From positions 143,536 to 207,535 of the forward strand of contig CACJUN010000003.1 in the NCBI GenBank assembly GCA_902596665.1: a stretch of DNA of 64,000 nt, in the 5' to 3' direction. Numbering within the stretch: the stretch's first letter is position 1; every line of letters begins with the position of its first letter. Source of the DNA: an uncultured SAR86 cluster bacterium (GTDB taxonomy: Bacteria > Pseudomonadota > Gammaproteobacteria > Magnimaribacterales > AG-339-G14). Below are positions 1 to 10,493 of this stretch, piece after piece. The position numbers and the translations under genes are program-made. The notes under the pieces were generated by a model. That model ran no database searches, was not told where the DNA came from, and saw only the letters and a list, made by a program, of their open reading frames with translations.

Positions 1-2
1 AA

Positions 3-767
3 ATTATAGAACTTTCAACTCGTCCAATGGTTCATGATTGTGCAATCACAGAAAACTATATTTTGGTTTTTGATCTGCCAGTAACATTCAGTTTAGGCAG
101 AAGAGAAGATCAAAACAAAGTAACCTCTGGCGACTATCCGGTGATTTGGGATGAGGATCATAATTCAAGAGTCGGTTTACAATCCAGACATTCAGATGAG
201 ATAACTTGGATAGATGTTCCAAAAGGTTTTTTATTTCACATTGTTAATTCTTATGAAAATGATGTTGGCGAAGTGATTCTTGATTTTTGCCGTTACGATA
301 GACTTTTTGATTTTGAAAATCCTTTACCAATGGGCCATAAGCCTTTTCTTACTAGATGGGTTATAGATATAGAGCAGAAAACATGCACAGAAACATTGCT
401 AGATGATAGATCCATGGAATTCTCGAGGGTACATCCAGATCTTGATGGTCAAGAGCATCAGTTTGGATACATGCTTAATGATGGTAATTTAAATAGATTT
501 TTTAAAAGAGACTTTTTTAAAGATGAGACTAAGGAGCATTTTTTAGGAGAAAACAAGCAAGCTGCTGAGCCTGTATTTATTCCAAAGAAAAATGCTGTCA
601 GTGAAGATGATGGTTTTGTTGTGGGTTTCGTTTACGATAAAACTTCTGATGCGAGTGAATTCGTAATCATTGATGCAAACAATTTTTCAGATAAGCCTTT
701 AGCTACTGTCTCCCTTCCACAGAGAGTGCCTTTTGGCTTTCACGGAAGTTGGATAAATTTAGACTAA
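3..767 (+). CDS. Carotenoid cleavage oxygenase (RPE65 family), 5'-truncated by window edge
   Basis: Frame is open to the window start (IIELSTRPMVHD...); motifs MVHDCAITENY, FHIVNSYE, EPVFIP, EDDGFVV and C-terminal RVPFGFHGSW. Confidence 0.9.
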   Translation: MIELSTRPMVHDCAITENYILVFDLPVTFSLGRREDQNKVTSGDYPVIWDEDHNSRVGLQSRHSDEITWIDVPKGFLFHIVNSYENDVGEVILDFCRYDRLFDFENPLPMGHKPFLTRWVIDIEQKTCTETLLDDRSMEFSRVHPDLDGQEHQFGYMLNDGNLNRFFKRDFFKDETKEHFLGENKQAAEPVFIPKKNAVSEDDGFVVGFVYDKTSDASEFVIIDANNFSDKPLATVSLPQRVPFGFHGSWINLD

Positions 768-2095
768 ATTAATTTAATTAATTTTTGATGAACCTCATCA
801 AAAGAACCATTTGAGAAACAGACGTAATGTCCTGGCATTTTCTCCCACTTGCTCAAAAAACTTTCTACGCTTTCTTCTGCAACCATATTTTTAGCCTTTT
901 TAGCTATGCCCAACGCTTGAGATTTATTCTTAGAAAAAATATGCACAAAGTCAGCTTTCTCCACCGCGCTGGGTATTTCTTTATCATGAAAACCTGCCAA
1001 CATTGTGTTCGATCTCATTTCTAACAAACAATGAATAGGATCTGAGCCAACTCTATTCCTCAAGCCTTCTATGGTCTTTTTTATTGCCGTTGGATGATGA
1101 GCGAAATCATCGTATATATGAATTTCATCATTGGAAAATAAAAGCTCCATTCTTCTTGAAACTCCTTTGAAAGATGAAAGAGATTTCACTGCTTTCGATA
1201 GATCAAGGCTCAATTCATCGGCTATGGTTAAAGATGCTAAAGCATTGCTTAAGTTATGCTCTCCTATTAGCTCCCAATTTACCTCTCCGAAAGACTCATC
1301 TGAACTAAAGACCTCAAATTTTGAACCATCATCATTTAACTGAGAAAGCTTTATGTAATCCTGTCCAAAAGAAAAGGTTCTAGATTTACTGAAAAAATCC
1401 TTCTTAAAAAGTGCCTCTATATTTAAGTCAGAATTGGGACAGATCACGCAAGCATCTGATGCCAAGGTTCTCAATAATTGTGAATATTGTTTTTGAATAT
1501 CAGAAAGGTCATTAAAAATGTCAGCATGATCAAACTCCAGATTATTGATGAGTAAGGTTTTTGGTCTGTAATGAATAAATTTGGATCTTTTATCAAAAAA
1601 TGCCGAATCATATTCATCTGCTTCTAGAACAAAAAAATCTCCAGAGCCCAATCTTGAAGGGCTCGGAAAATCTTTAGTTTCGCCAGCAATCAAGTATCCA
1701 GTCTCTGGCTTTTGATCTAAAAATATTTTTGAGGTCATCGCAGAAACTGATGTTTTGCCATGCGTGCCACTTATCGCAATCACATGTTTATTCCTTAAAA
1801 TGTGTTCATAAAGGAAATCAGGTCCCGAACAATATCTGAAGCCTTTGGTCAAAATATACTCCATTAAAGGATTACCTCTGGAGATGACGTTACCGATGAC
1901 AAAAATATCAATATTTGAAGGAAGATTTTTTTCGTCGTATCCCTCGTCTACTTTTATTGATGCTCTTTGCAACACTTTATCCATGGGATGATAAAGTTTT
2001 TGGTCGCATCCACGGACTTCATAACCTTTCTCTTTGGCTAATTGAGCTATGCCAGACATGAAAGTGCCGCCTATACCGAGGATATAAATCTTCAT
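764..2095 (-). CDS. mpl: UDP-MurNAc:L-Ala-gamma-D-Glu-mDAP ligase (murein peptide ligase)
   Basis: MKIYILGIGGTFM, GTHGKTS P-loop, EADEYDSAFFDKRSKFIHY, DDFAHHPTAI. Confidence 0.95.
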   Translation of the reverse strand: MKIYILGIGGTFMSGIAQLAKEKGYEVRGCDQKLYHPMDKVLQRASIKVDEGYDEKNLPSNIDIFVIGNVISRGNPLMEYILTKGFRYCSGPDFLYEHILRNKHVIAISGTHGKTSVSAMTSKIFLDQKPETGYLIAGETKDFPSPSRLGSGDFFVLEADEYDSAFFDKRSKFIHYRPKTLLINNLEFDHADIFNDLSDIQKQYSQLLRTLASDACVICPNSDLNIEALFKKDFFSKSRTFSFGQDYIKLSQLNDDGSKFEVFSSDESFGEVNWELIGEHNLSNALASLTIADELSLDLSKAVKSLSSFKGVSRRMELLFSNDEIHIYDDFAHHPTAIKKTIEGLRNRVGSDPIHCLLEMRSNTMLAGFHDKEIPSAVEKADFVHIFSKNKSQALGIAKKAKNMVAEESVESFLSKWEKMPGHYVCFSNGSFDEVHQKLIKLI

Positions 2096-2146
2096 TGAGA
2101 AATTATACCCTTTCCCAAATCAATAGTTTTTCAGTAACATATTTCT

Positions 2147-3397
2147 ATGAATAAGCCCGCAAATGCCTTTTATGCTCAATCAGGCGGAGTAACCTCAGTT
2201 ATTAATGCCTCGGCTTGCGGCGTAATTGAAACTGTAAATAAATCTTCCAAAATAAATAAAGTTCTTTGCGGAAAAAATGGGATCTTAGGAGCCTTGAACG
2301 AAGAATTATTCGATACATCTAAAGAAAAGAAGTCTGAAATTGCCAAACTCAGGCAAACCCCAGGAGGAGCTTTCGGTTCTTGTCGCTTCAAACTTCAAGA
2401 TCCAATAAAGCAAAAGAAAGAATACCTCAGGTTATTTGAGGTTTTTAAAGCCCACAACATTGAGTACTTTTTTTATAACGGTGGCGGAGACAGTCAGGAC
2501 ACAACGTTTAAGATTTCAAAGATGGCCAAGGAACTTAAACTGCCTTTAACTTGTATTGGCATTCCTAAAACTGTCGATAACGACCTACCTATAACTGATT
2601 GTTCTCCTGGTTTTGGTTCTGTTGCAAAATACGTTGCCACATCAACGCTTGAGGCAGGCTTAGATGTTAAAAGTATGTCAGAAACTTCTACAAAGGTATT
2701 TATCCTAGAGGTCATGGGAAGGCATGCGGGTTGGATTGCTGCAGCGTCAGCTTTAGCTTCAAGAAATGAAACCGATCCTCCTCACATCATCCTTATGCCA
2801 GAAGTTCCTTTTGTGAAGAAGAAATTTATAGATAAAGTTAAACAAACAGTTGCTAATGAAGGCTTCTGTGTTGTGGTGGCTTCTGAAGGAACAAGATACA
2901 AGAACGGAATGTTTTTAGCCGACTCAGGCCTTACCGATGCATTTGGTCACAAACAATTAGGTGGTGTTGCTCCGATTTTAGCGCAAATGATTTCTTCAAT
3001 TGGTTTAAAAAATCATTGGGCTGTTTCAGACTACCTTCAAAGATCAGCTAGACATATATCATCAAAAACAGACCTTGATCAAGCTTATGCTGTTGGTAAA
3101 AAGGCAGTTGAATTTGCTTTATCTGGAAAAAGTGCTGTTATGCCCGTCATCAAAAGATTAAGTGATAAACCTTATAAGTGGAAAATTGAATCAGCTTCAC
3201 TTAGTAAAGTGGCAAATGTAGAGAAAACGCTTCCCAAAAGTTATATCTCTAATGATGGTTTTAGAGTCACAAACAAAGGTTTGAATTATTTGAGACCTCT
3301 CATTCAAGGAGAACCCACCATAACCTTCAAAGATGGGATTCCTATTATTGCAAAGCTAAAAAATATTTTAGTCAAAAAGAAATTATCCAATTACTGA
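2147..3397 (+). CDS. pfp: 6-phosphofructokinase, probably PPi-dependent
   Basis: AQSGGVTSVIN, GGGDS, PKTVDND, EVMGRHAGW motifs. Confidence 0.9.
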   Translation: MNKPANAFYAQSGGVTSVINASACGVIETVNKSSKINKVLCGKNGILGALNEELFDTSKEKKSEIAKLRQTPGGAFGSCRFKLQDPIKQKKEYLRLFEVFKAHNIEYFFYNGGGDSQDTTFKISKMAKELKLPLTCIGIPKTVDNDLPITDCSPGFGSVAKYVATSTLEAGLDVKSMSETSTKVFILEVMGRHAGWIAAASALASRNETDPPHIILMPEVPFVKKKFIDKVKQTVANEGFCVVVASEGTRYKNGMFLADSGLTDAFGHKQLGGVAPILAQMISSIGLKNHWAVSDYLQRSARHISSKTDLDQAYAVGKKAVEFALSGKSAVMPVIKRLSDKPYKWKIESASLSKVANVEKTLPKSYISNDGFRVTNKGLNYLRPLIQGEPTITFKDGIPIIAKLKNILVKKKLSNY

Positions 3398-4626
3398 TCA
3401 GTAAAAGAAAAGGTGTAATCTTCGGCCATCTGATTTCCATTAAGGTCAAAGATGTAATCCTTGCTTATTGTTACATCATAATTAGGATTGGCACCATCAA
3501 CAAAAGGATTTGCTGTGATGATAATTCCCTTTTCTCCTACTTGACCCATATAATAAGTATTTCCGCTTCCTCCTGTTCCCACTAACTTGATTGCTGGATC
3601 ACCAATGCATTGACCAGGTGGAATAATATTTTCGGAGGGACATACTATTTCAATAACCTCACTAAAAGTTATTGATACGGTTGTACCAGAAGAGTTAGTT
3701 CCATCAGCTGGATTTGTAACAATAACTGTCGGCAAAATACTATCAAGAGTCGCAGAGACAACTTTTGATTTAGCCGATTCACCTTTGTCATTATATGAGA
3801 CAACGTAGTATGAATATCTTACTCCTTCAGCTGTATCTGTATCTGAATAGGAAGAAGTAGTTAAAGTTGCTAACAAAGTAAATTCTCCTGATCCATCAGG
3901 TTTTCTGTATATCTTAAATCCTGTTTCATTGTCGCTGGCATCCGTCCAGGCAAGATCTATGCTAGTTTTTGCATTCACAGCTGTTGGTCCTGTCGGAGAT
4001 GCAGGAACAGCTTCTGAAATATCACAAATTAAATATTTTGGGATTCCTGTAGTAGTTGAATATCTGTTTGTTAAAGACAATCTATCACTGCTTATTAAGT
4101 CGATTTCATAAACATCAACCCAATTTTCATCAACTATTCCTGGATTACTGCCTGAAACTCCTTTTATAAAAAGCATTCCATTGTATACAGAATATGTTCC
4201 GCTCGAAGAGTCATTTATCACAAAAAAAGGGCTAGGAGATGAAGTGGAGACATTTGCAGGATATTTAACTGTATTCTCAGCCGATTGAGACTGTGTTGTT
4301 CCATCCATGCCAATGGGAGCCTTAAAATTTACCTGTGAAGAACTTAATTCCCATAGGAACCCTTTTTTTAACCAACCATCTACTTCACTAGTAGGAGGAT
4401 TAAGACCAGATGCAATTGAGGAGCAATTCCAAGTTCCAAAAATATCATCTTCCTTAACTGTCCTGTTAATTTCTTCTAATGTATCGAATATTTGATTAAA
4501 AGTTTCAGCTGAAAGAATATCGCCTTCCTTGAAATCATCGGCAACTTTTAAATCATCTGCGAAAGCAGAAAAAGAGATCACCAATGCAATTAGAGTTGGA
4601 AAAAGTTTATTTCTAAATTTTTTCAT
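3391..4626 (-). CDS. Secreted protein with fibronectin type III and C-terminal bacterial Ig-like domain
   Basis: Signal peptide (SAFA-DD); FN3 signature LAWTDASDNETGFKIYR...YSYYVVSYN; Ig-like PTVIVTNPADG...ITFSE...DLNGNQM...YTFSFT. Confidence 0.8.
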   Translation of the reverse strand: MKKFRNKLFPTLIALVISFSAFADDLKVADDFKEGDILSAETFNQIFDTLEEINRTVKEDDIFGTWNCSSIASGLNPPTSEVDGWLKKGFLWELSSSQVNFKAPIGMDGTTQSQSAENTVKYPANVSTSSPSPFFVINDSSSGTYSVYNGMLFIKGVSGSNPGIVDENWVDVYEIDLISSDRLSLTNRYSTTTGIPKYLICDISEAVPASPTGPTAVNAKTSIDLAWTDASDNETGFKIYRKPDGSGEFTLLATLTTSSYSDTDTAEGVRYSYYVVSYNDKGESAKSKVVSATLDSILPTVIVTNPADGTNSSGTTVSITFSEVIEIVCPSENIIPPGQCIGDPAIKLVGTGGSGNTYYMGQVGEKGIIITANPFVDGANPNYDVTISKDYIFDLNGNQMAEDYTFSFTDQ

Positions 4627-4842
4627 TCATTCAAATCTACACTCACCAAAAGTGCATTCACCAAATCTATTTTCAATAAGTTTAGATGATGAGATGGCCT
4701 GAGTTAGATCATCTGAGGTATTGTTATTAGTCGGTGTATTTACTGGCTGATTGTTATTTTGCTGAACGACGATGTCATTCGATGAGCCTCCGCCGCCACA
4801 GGATATTAAAAATAAAGCAAAAAAAATAACAATAATCTTCAT
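4627..4842 (-). CDS. Small lipoprotein with low-complexity linker and C-terminal FGEC repeats
   Basis: ATG at 4842 gives MKIIVIFFALFLISC-GGGGSS (lipobox LISC), N/Q/T-rich linker, end ENRFGECTFGECRFE; stop abuts the next ATG. The track start 4872 is a TTG and less likely. Confidence 0.7.
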   Translation of the reverse strand: MKIIVIFFALFLISCGGGGSSNDIVVQQNNNQPVNTPTNNNTSDDLTQAISSSKLIENRFGECTFGECRFE

Positions 4843-4888
4843 CAAAGAAGATTCTATTATATTCTCTAACAAATGATTAATTTAAAAG

Positions 4889-5308
4889 TTATATTTTTTT
4901 TACAACCCCAGTAAAGTTCATTATTTTTTTTCCTTCAGAAATAATTATCCCTCCTCCGAATACCATTGATTTAGTATGTTTAGAAATTTTGGTATGAACT
5001 TCTAATAGAGATCCTATTTTTGCACCTGACATAAATTCTGATTTAAAACTTATTGTAGCTACATATTTTTCTCTTGATTCCATAGCAGCAGAGCATAAAG
5101 AATAATCAGCAATACTCATTAACATTCCTCCATGAGCAACTCCACCAGAATTACCATTCTCTGGCTTCACATAGAAAGCCATGATTAGATTTCCTTCATT
5201 ATCTTTTTTATGGAACCCCTTACCGATGTGGTCAATATGATGTTCTGTTTGAAACTCAATTTCTTTATATCCTTCGGGAATAGGATAGGAATTTTTATTT
5301 GAACTCAT
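4889..5308 (-). CDS. PaaI-family (hotdog) thioesterase
   Basis: NSGGVAHGGMLMSIAD motif. Confidence 0.85.
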   Translation of the reverse strand: MSSNKNSYPIPEGYKEIEFQTEHHIDHIGKGFHKKDNEGNLIMAFYVKPENGNSGGVAHGGMLMSIADYSLCSAAMESREKYVATISFKSEFMSGAKIGSLLEVHTKISKHTKSMVFGGGIIISEGKKIMNFTGVVKKI

Positions 5309-5346
5309 ATAAACTATTTTAACCTTAAAAATTAGAGGAAATTTAA

Positions 5347-6510
5347 ATGAATTTTAATCTAACTGATGAACAAATTGAGCTTAAAGAAGCAGCGAGAAAT
5401 TTTGCTCAAAATGAATTAACTGACCTCGCCACTGAATTAGAAGAATCAGGAAGCCCTGTACCAAAAGAAGTATTAGCTAGAATTGGTGAAATGGGATTTC
5501 TTGGCATCAATACACCTGAAGAGTATGGTGGACAAGGACTTGGCAATCTTGAAGCTTTAATTATTTTAGAGGAATTTGGAAAGATCTCTTCTGCTATTGG
5601 ATGGCCTGTTTTTGAAGCTAATGCAGGTCCAATAAAATCAATTCAACACTTTGGAACTCCTGAACTAAAAGAGAAAATTCTTCCTGCAGTATGTAAAGGT
5701 GAAAAAGTTGTTGCTGTAAGCATGTCAGAACCGGGAGCTGGCACAGCATTGTCAGATTTAAAAACGAAAGCAGAAATAAAAGGTGACAAAATTGTTATAA
5801 ATGGAACCAAAAGATGGTGTTCTGGCGCTGGTCACTCGGATGGGTATGTTGTTTACGCCAGAATGTCGGATGCTCCTGCTGCAAAAGGAATCGGTGCGGT
5901 CTATGTCGAGCTTGAGAGAGATGGACTAACCTTCGGGAATAGCGAGTCACTGATGGGCTTCAGAGGCATTCCTTCTGCGGATATATATTTTGATAATGTT
6001 GAAGTGCCTATTGAAAATCTTTTAGTTGAACCTGAGGATGGATTTAAAAAGCTCATGGAAACTTTTGACCTCGAGAGATGCGGAAATGCCACAATGGCTC
6101 TTGCTCAGGCATCTGCAGCTCTAGAATACGTAACAAATTACGTTCAAGAAAGAGAACAATTTGGGAAACCTTTAGTTGATTTTCAAGCAGTGCAAATTAA
6201 GCTTGCTGACATGTTAATGAAAGTCGAAGCTGCAAGGCTTCTTATCCATAAAGCAGCTTTTAATGCTCAAAATGGTCTTCCTGATATTCTAGAATCAAGC
6301 ACTGCAAAATGTTTCTCGAATGAAATTTCTAGAGAGGTTACAACAACAGCTATGCAATTAATGGGTGGTTACGGTTATAACAAAGAATATGGAATGGAAA
6401 GAAGAGTACGAGATGCTTTTGGCTGGGGGATCGCTGGAGGAACAATCGATATCCAAAAGATAAACATTGCATCAGCAATGATCGGAAGAAGATTCAATCA
6501 AAGGAATTAA
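5347..6510 (+). CDS. Acyl-CoA dehydrogenase
   Basis: PEEYGG, SEPGAGT, NGTKRW, REQFGKPL, MGGYGY; SD AGAGGA upstream. Confidence 0.95.
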   Translation: MNFNLTDEQIELKEAARNFAQNELTDLATELEESGSPVPKEVLARIGEMGFLGINTPEEYGGQGLGNLEALIILEEFGKISSAIGWPVFEANAGPIKSIQHFGTPELKEKILPAVCKGEKVVAVSMSEPGAGTALSDLKTKAEIKGDKIVINGTKRWCSGAGHSDGYVVYARMSDAPAAKGIGAVYVELERDGLTFGNSESLMGFRGIPSADIYFDNVEVPIENLLVEPEDGFKKLMETFDLERCGNATMALAQASAALEYVTNYVQEREQFGKPLVDFQAVQIKLADMLMKVEAARLLIHKAAFNAQNGLPDILESSTAKCFSNEISREVTTTAMQLMGGYGYNKEYGMERRVRDAFGWGIAGGTIDIQKINIASAMIGRRFNQRN

Positions 6511-7007
6511 TTCTTAAATTCGTGAACTCGAAGATCTTCTATATGTGACTGAAGCATTTCGATTAATTCTTCCTTTTCTTCCTCTGTCAGAAATTCGCCA
6601 ATTGGAATCTTTTCTCCTTTTGAGGAGATAACAATTTGTAAAGGATACCAACGATGTGAAGGTCTTTCGATAAACACATAAGACCACTGTCGTATCAACT
6701 CTTTAAATACTTCTGGTTTTTTAATACCTTTTTCAATTATTAATTTATCAAAAGAAAGTTTTATGACTTCTTGTCTGTTATTTCTTTTAGATATGTACCA
6801 AATTGCTATTGTAACCACTAGAATTTCTAGCCCAGCGAAGGGCAAGATAATCGGCGCGCCCGCAACGGCAAAAGTTATGGCTATGACTAAAATTGGAAAG
6901 GAAACAAAAAACAAAAATAATAAATTACCTCCCCAAGACAAAGAATTATTTGGGGAAAGCGTTATTTGAAAACTGTTATTAGCATCAATCTTTTCAGAAA
7001 CAATCAT
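6507..7007 (-). CDS. DUF2244-family membrane protein
   Basis: LSPNNSLS, two TM helices with ILPFAGLE, IGEFLTEEEK. Confidence 0.8.
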   Translation of the reverse strand: MIVSEKIDANNSFQITLSPNNSLSWGGNLLFLFFVSFPILVIAITFAVAGAPIILPFAGLEILVVTIAIWYISKRNNRQEVIKLSFDKLIIEKGIKKPEVFKELIRQWSYVFIERPSHRWYPLQIVISSKGEKIPIGEFLTEEEKEELIEMLQSHIEDLRVHEFKN

Positions 7008-7077
7008 AAGAGTTAAATTGAATAATACTTATTAAGGCTTACAATTATGCCAATTTTAATAAAAATTAAATTTATAA

Positions 7078-8268
7078 ATGGATATTAGTTCTAATGATAG
7101 ATCGGCATTGATGCCGAATTATTCCTTTCCAGACTTGATTCCAGAAAAAGCTTTGGGTTCAAGACTTTGGGATGAAAATGGAAAAGAATATATAGATTTT
7201 GGTGGAGGTATTGCAGTTACTTCTTTGGGCCACTGTCATCCCGTTCTCATGAAATCCATGGAAGAACAGTCCAAAAAACTTTGGCATGTAAGTAATTATC
7301 TTCTAAGCAAACCTGCAAAAGAACTAGGCCAAAAAATAGCTTCAAAAAGTTTTGCCGATAAAGTTCTTTTTAGCAACTCAGGTAATGAAGCAAATGAAGC
7401 TGCAATCAAATTAGCTAGAAAATATTTCTTTGAAAAAGGTGATGAAGAAAAATATGAGATCTTATCGTTTACGAATTCATTTCATGGAAGATCTCTCGCA
7501 AATATAACTTTAGGAGATTCAGAATTCCATCAAACTGGCTTTGGTCCGTTACCAAAAGGGTTTATAAAAGCTGAATTCAATAATATTGAAGATGTTAAGA
7601 AGAAAGTGTCTAACAAAACTGCAGCAATAATAGTTGAATTAATTCAAGGTGAAGCGGGAGTAATAAGTGCACAAAATGACTTCGTTGAGGCTCTCAGAAA
7701 TATCTGTAATGAAAATGATATTCTTCTTATTTTTGATGAAGTTCAAAGTGGAATTGGTAGAACAGGAACTTTATTTGCTTATCAAGGTTATGGAGTGATG
7801 CCAGACATTCTTACATTAGCAAAGGGGCTTGGAGGTGGTTTGCCTATTGCCGCAACAATTACCACAACTGATATAGCTAATTGTATGCAACCTGGAACTC
7901 ACGGAAGCACATTTGGAGGTAATCCAGTCTCTTGTGCAGTTGCCTCAAAATTAATAGATATTGTAGATGACAAAAAATTATTATCTGGAGTAATGGAGAA
8001 AACAATTAAGTTTATTGATCATTTACAAAATTTATCTAAAAAGTACGATTTTTTTTCAGACATAAGATCAGCTGGTTTGTGGATTGCTGCTGATATGAAG
8101 CAAACAGCCTCAAAAGAATTTTTATCTAGAAGTTATGAGGAAGGTCTTCTTTTGGTATCAGCAAATGGTGAAAGCACTTTAAGATTCGCGCCTTCTCTGA
8201 TTATCAGCGACCAGGAGATAGAAGAAGGATTTTCAAAACTAGAAAAAGTTATAAAATCTTTTTGCTAG
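7078..8268 (+). CDS. argD: Acetylornithine/succinylornithine aminotransferase
   Basis: [54 protein letters not shown]. Confidence 0.9.
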   Translation: MDISSNDRSALMPNYSFPDLIPEKALGSRLWDENGKEYIDFGGGIAVTSLGHCHPVLMKSMEEQSKKLWHVSNYLLSKPAKELGQKIASKSFADKVLFSNSGNEANEAAIKLARKYFFEKGDEEKYEILSFTNSFHGRSLANITLGDSEFHQTGFGPLPKGFIKAEFNNIEDVKKKVSNKTAAIIVELIQGEAGVISAQNDFVEALRNICNENDILLIFDEVQSGIGRTGTLFAYQGYGVMPDILTLAKGLGGGLPIAATITTTDIANCMQPGTHGSTFGGNPVSCAVASKLIDIVDDKKLLSGVMEKTIKFIDHLQNLSKKYDFFSDIRSAGLWIAADMKQTASKEFLSRSYEEGLLLVSANGESTLRFAPSLIISDQEIEEGFSKLEKVIKSFC

Positions 8269-10493
8269 TCCTTTGGAATAATTTCGGTCCTATTGATTTT
8301 TCTGAAGCCTTTTGGAAGAAAATTTCCCTTTCTCCCTCTTGCACCAACGAAGTTATTTAAGTCTTTTGATTTTATTTCAAAGTGTTGCTTGCCACTAAAT
8401 ATTTTTAATGAGTCATTTTGGCCAAGAGCATTAGCAAAAATAACTTTATCTTCTTCTGACGCATAAAGTTTTTTATCAATCCCAATTAATTTATTCCCTT
8501 TTCCTCTAGCTAGAACAGGAATATCTCCTATATCAATTACTAATAATTTTCCTGCCGACGTAACAAGAGCTATTTTCTCATCAGTTTCACTTACCTCTAT
8601 AGGTTTAATGGGGTTTGAATCTTTAACATTTAAAGCTGATTTACCAGATCTATTTTTTGTGAAGATATCTTCAATTTTAGTCAAGAAGCCATATCCAAGA
8701 TCGGACATCAAAAGCAGCTTCTGATCAGCTGGACCTGCAATAACGCCTTTAAAACTTGAGCCTGAAGGTGCATTAATTTTTCCTGAAACCGGTTCTCCTT
8801 GTCCTCTGGCGGATGGTAATTTATGGATAGGTAAAGAATAGGATTTTCCTGAGTTATCAATGATCACTACAGATTCACTGTTTCTGCCTTTACTTGCTGA
8901 AAGAAAACTATCGCCTTCTCTGTATTGCAAGCTTTCAGGATCAATGTCGTGTCCCTTAGCTGCTCTGATCCATCCTTTTTCTGATAACACGACCGTCATA
9001 GGATCATTAGAAATAAGATCTAACTCATCAAATGCTTTTGCAGAAACTCCTTCTCCATAAAAACTTTTTCGTTCATCGCCATATTCTTCTGAGTCAGCTT
9101 TAAGTTCTTTTTTGATGAGAGTTTTCAGTCTAGACGAAGATTTTAGGTATGCCTCTAACTCTTTTTTTTCTGAGGCTAGATCCTCTTGTTCAGTTTTTAT
9201 AGATATCTCTTCAAGTTTTGCTAGTTGTCTGAGACGTATATCCAGAATTGCATTAGCTTGTAGATCTGAAAGCTTAAATTTTTTCATTAAAGTCTTTTTT
9301 GGATCGTCTTCGTTTCTGATGATATTTATTATTTCATCAAGGTTTAAATACGCTATAAGAAGGCCTTTTAAGATGTGCAGTCTGTCATCAACCCAGTCAA
9401 GCCTATGTTGTATCCTCCTCTTTACAGTCTCTGTCCTGAACTTAATCCATTCCTTCAGAATTCCTTTGAGGTCAAATACTTTGGGCTTACCATCAAGGCC
9501 GATAGCATTTATGTTTACACGTGTATTTTTTTGTAGCTCAGTTGTTGCGAATAAATGAGACATTAACGCATCTTTATCAACACGATTTGATCTTGGAACA
9601 ATTACGATTCGTACTGGATTATGTTCGTCTCCTTCATCTCTTATATCTTCGATCATTGAAAGCTTTTTAGAATCAATCTGTGCAGCAATTTGTTCAACTG
9701 CTTTCATGGAAGAGACTTGATACGGAAGAGAATTTATGACGATATTTCCATCCTCTACATCAAACGTTGATCTTAAAGTAATGGATCCTCTTCCAGTTTC
9801 ATATATTTCTAAAACCTCTTCTTCGGAATTCATAATCTGAGCCGAAGTAGGATAGTCTGGCGCTGAAATATCTTTCATCAATTCTTTATTTGAAAGTTTT
9901 GGACTATCAATTAAAGAAATCACACCATTAACAATCTCTTTTAGATTATGCGGCGGTATATCTGTTGCCATCCCAACTGCAATTCCAGAAGCACCATTTA
10001 ATAAAACATTTGGAAGTCTATCCGGAAGAAATTTTGGCTCAATCAGAGTTCCATCAAAGTTTGGTATCCAGTCAACTGTTCCTTGTGACGCCTCATCAAG
10101 AAGTGATTGGGCGTATGCAGACAACCTACATTCCGTATACCTCATAGCAGCAAAACTTTTTGGATCATCTAACGATCCCCAATTTCCCTGTCCTTCTAAC
10201 AAAGGATATCTGGTTGAAAAGTTTTGAGCTAACAGGACCATTGCTTCATAGGCTGCAGAGTCACCATGCGGATGGAACTTTCCTATTACATCTCCTACAG
10301 TTCTAGCACTTTTTTTAAATTTAGAGCTGGATTTAAGCCCCAATTCAGACATTGCATAAATAATCCTTCTTTGTACTGGCTTTAACCCATCCCCTATAAA
10401 AGGTAATGCCCTATCAAGAATGACGTACATCGAATATTCCAAGTACGCTTTTTCAGCATAATTGAAAAATGGCAGATCACTTTCTTTACTCAT
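8265..10493 (-). CDS. parC: DNA topoisomerase IV subunit A
   Basis: [37 protein letters not shown]; follows parE. Confidence 0.97.
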   Translation of the reverse strand: MSKESDLPFFNYAEKAYLEYSMYVILDRALPFIGDGLKPVQRRIIYAMSELGLKSSSKFKKSARTVGDVIGKFHPHGDSAAYEAMVLLAQNFSTRYPLLEGQGNWGSLDDPKSFAAMRYTECRLSAYAQSLLDEASQGTVDWIPNFDGTLIEPKFLPDRLPNVLLNGASGIAVGMATDIPPHNLKEIVNGVISLIDSPKLSNKELMKDISAPDYPTSAQIMNSEEEVLEIYETGRGSITLRSTFDVEDGNIVINSLPYQVSSMKAVEQIAAQIDSKKLSMIEDIRDEGDEHNPVRIVIVPRSNRVDKDALMSHLFATTELQKNTRVNINAIGLDGKPKVFDLKGILKEWIKFRTETVKRRIQHRLDWVDDRLHILKGLLIAYLNLDEIINIIRNEDDPKKTLMKKFKLSDLQANAILDIRLRQLAKLEEISIKTEQEDLASEKKELEAYLKSSSRLKTLIKKELKADSEEYGDERKSFYGEGVSAKAFDELDLISNDPMTVVLSEKGWIRAAKGHDIDPESLQYREGDSFLSASKGRNSESVVIIDNSGKSYSLPIHKLPSARGQGEPVSGKINAPSGSSFKGVIAGPADQKLLLMSDLGYGFLTKIEDIFTKNRSGKSALNVKDSNPIKPIEVSETDEKIALVTSAGKLLVIDIGDIPVLARGKGNKLIGIDKKLYASEEDKVIFANALGQNDSLKIFSGKQHFEIKSKDLNNFVGARGRKGNFLPKGFRKINRTEIIPKD

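Noticed and set aside
5314-5326. Shared 13-mer CTATTTTAACCTT here and at ~49650 as an operator for lipid genes
   Set aside because: Reads AAGGTTAAAATAG on the minus strand, i.e. a -10 element; only two AT-rich copies
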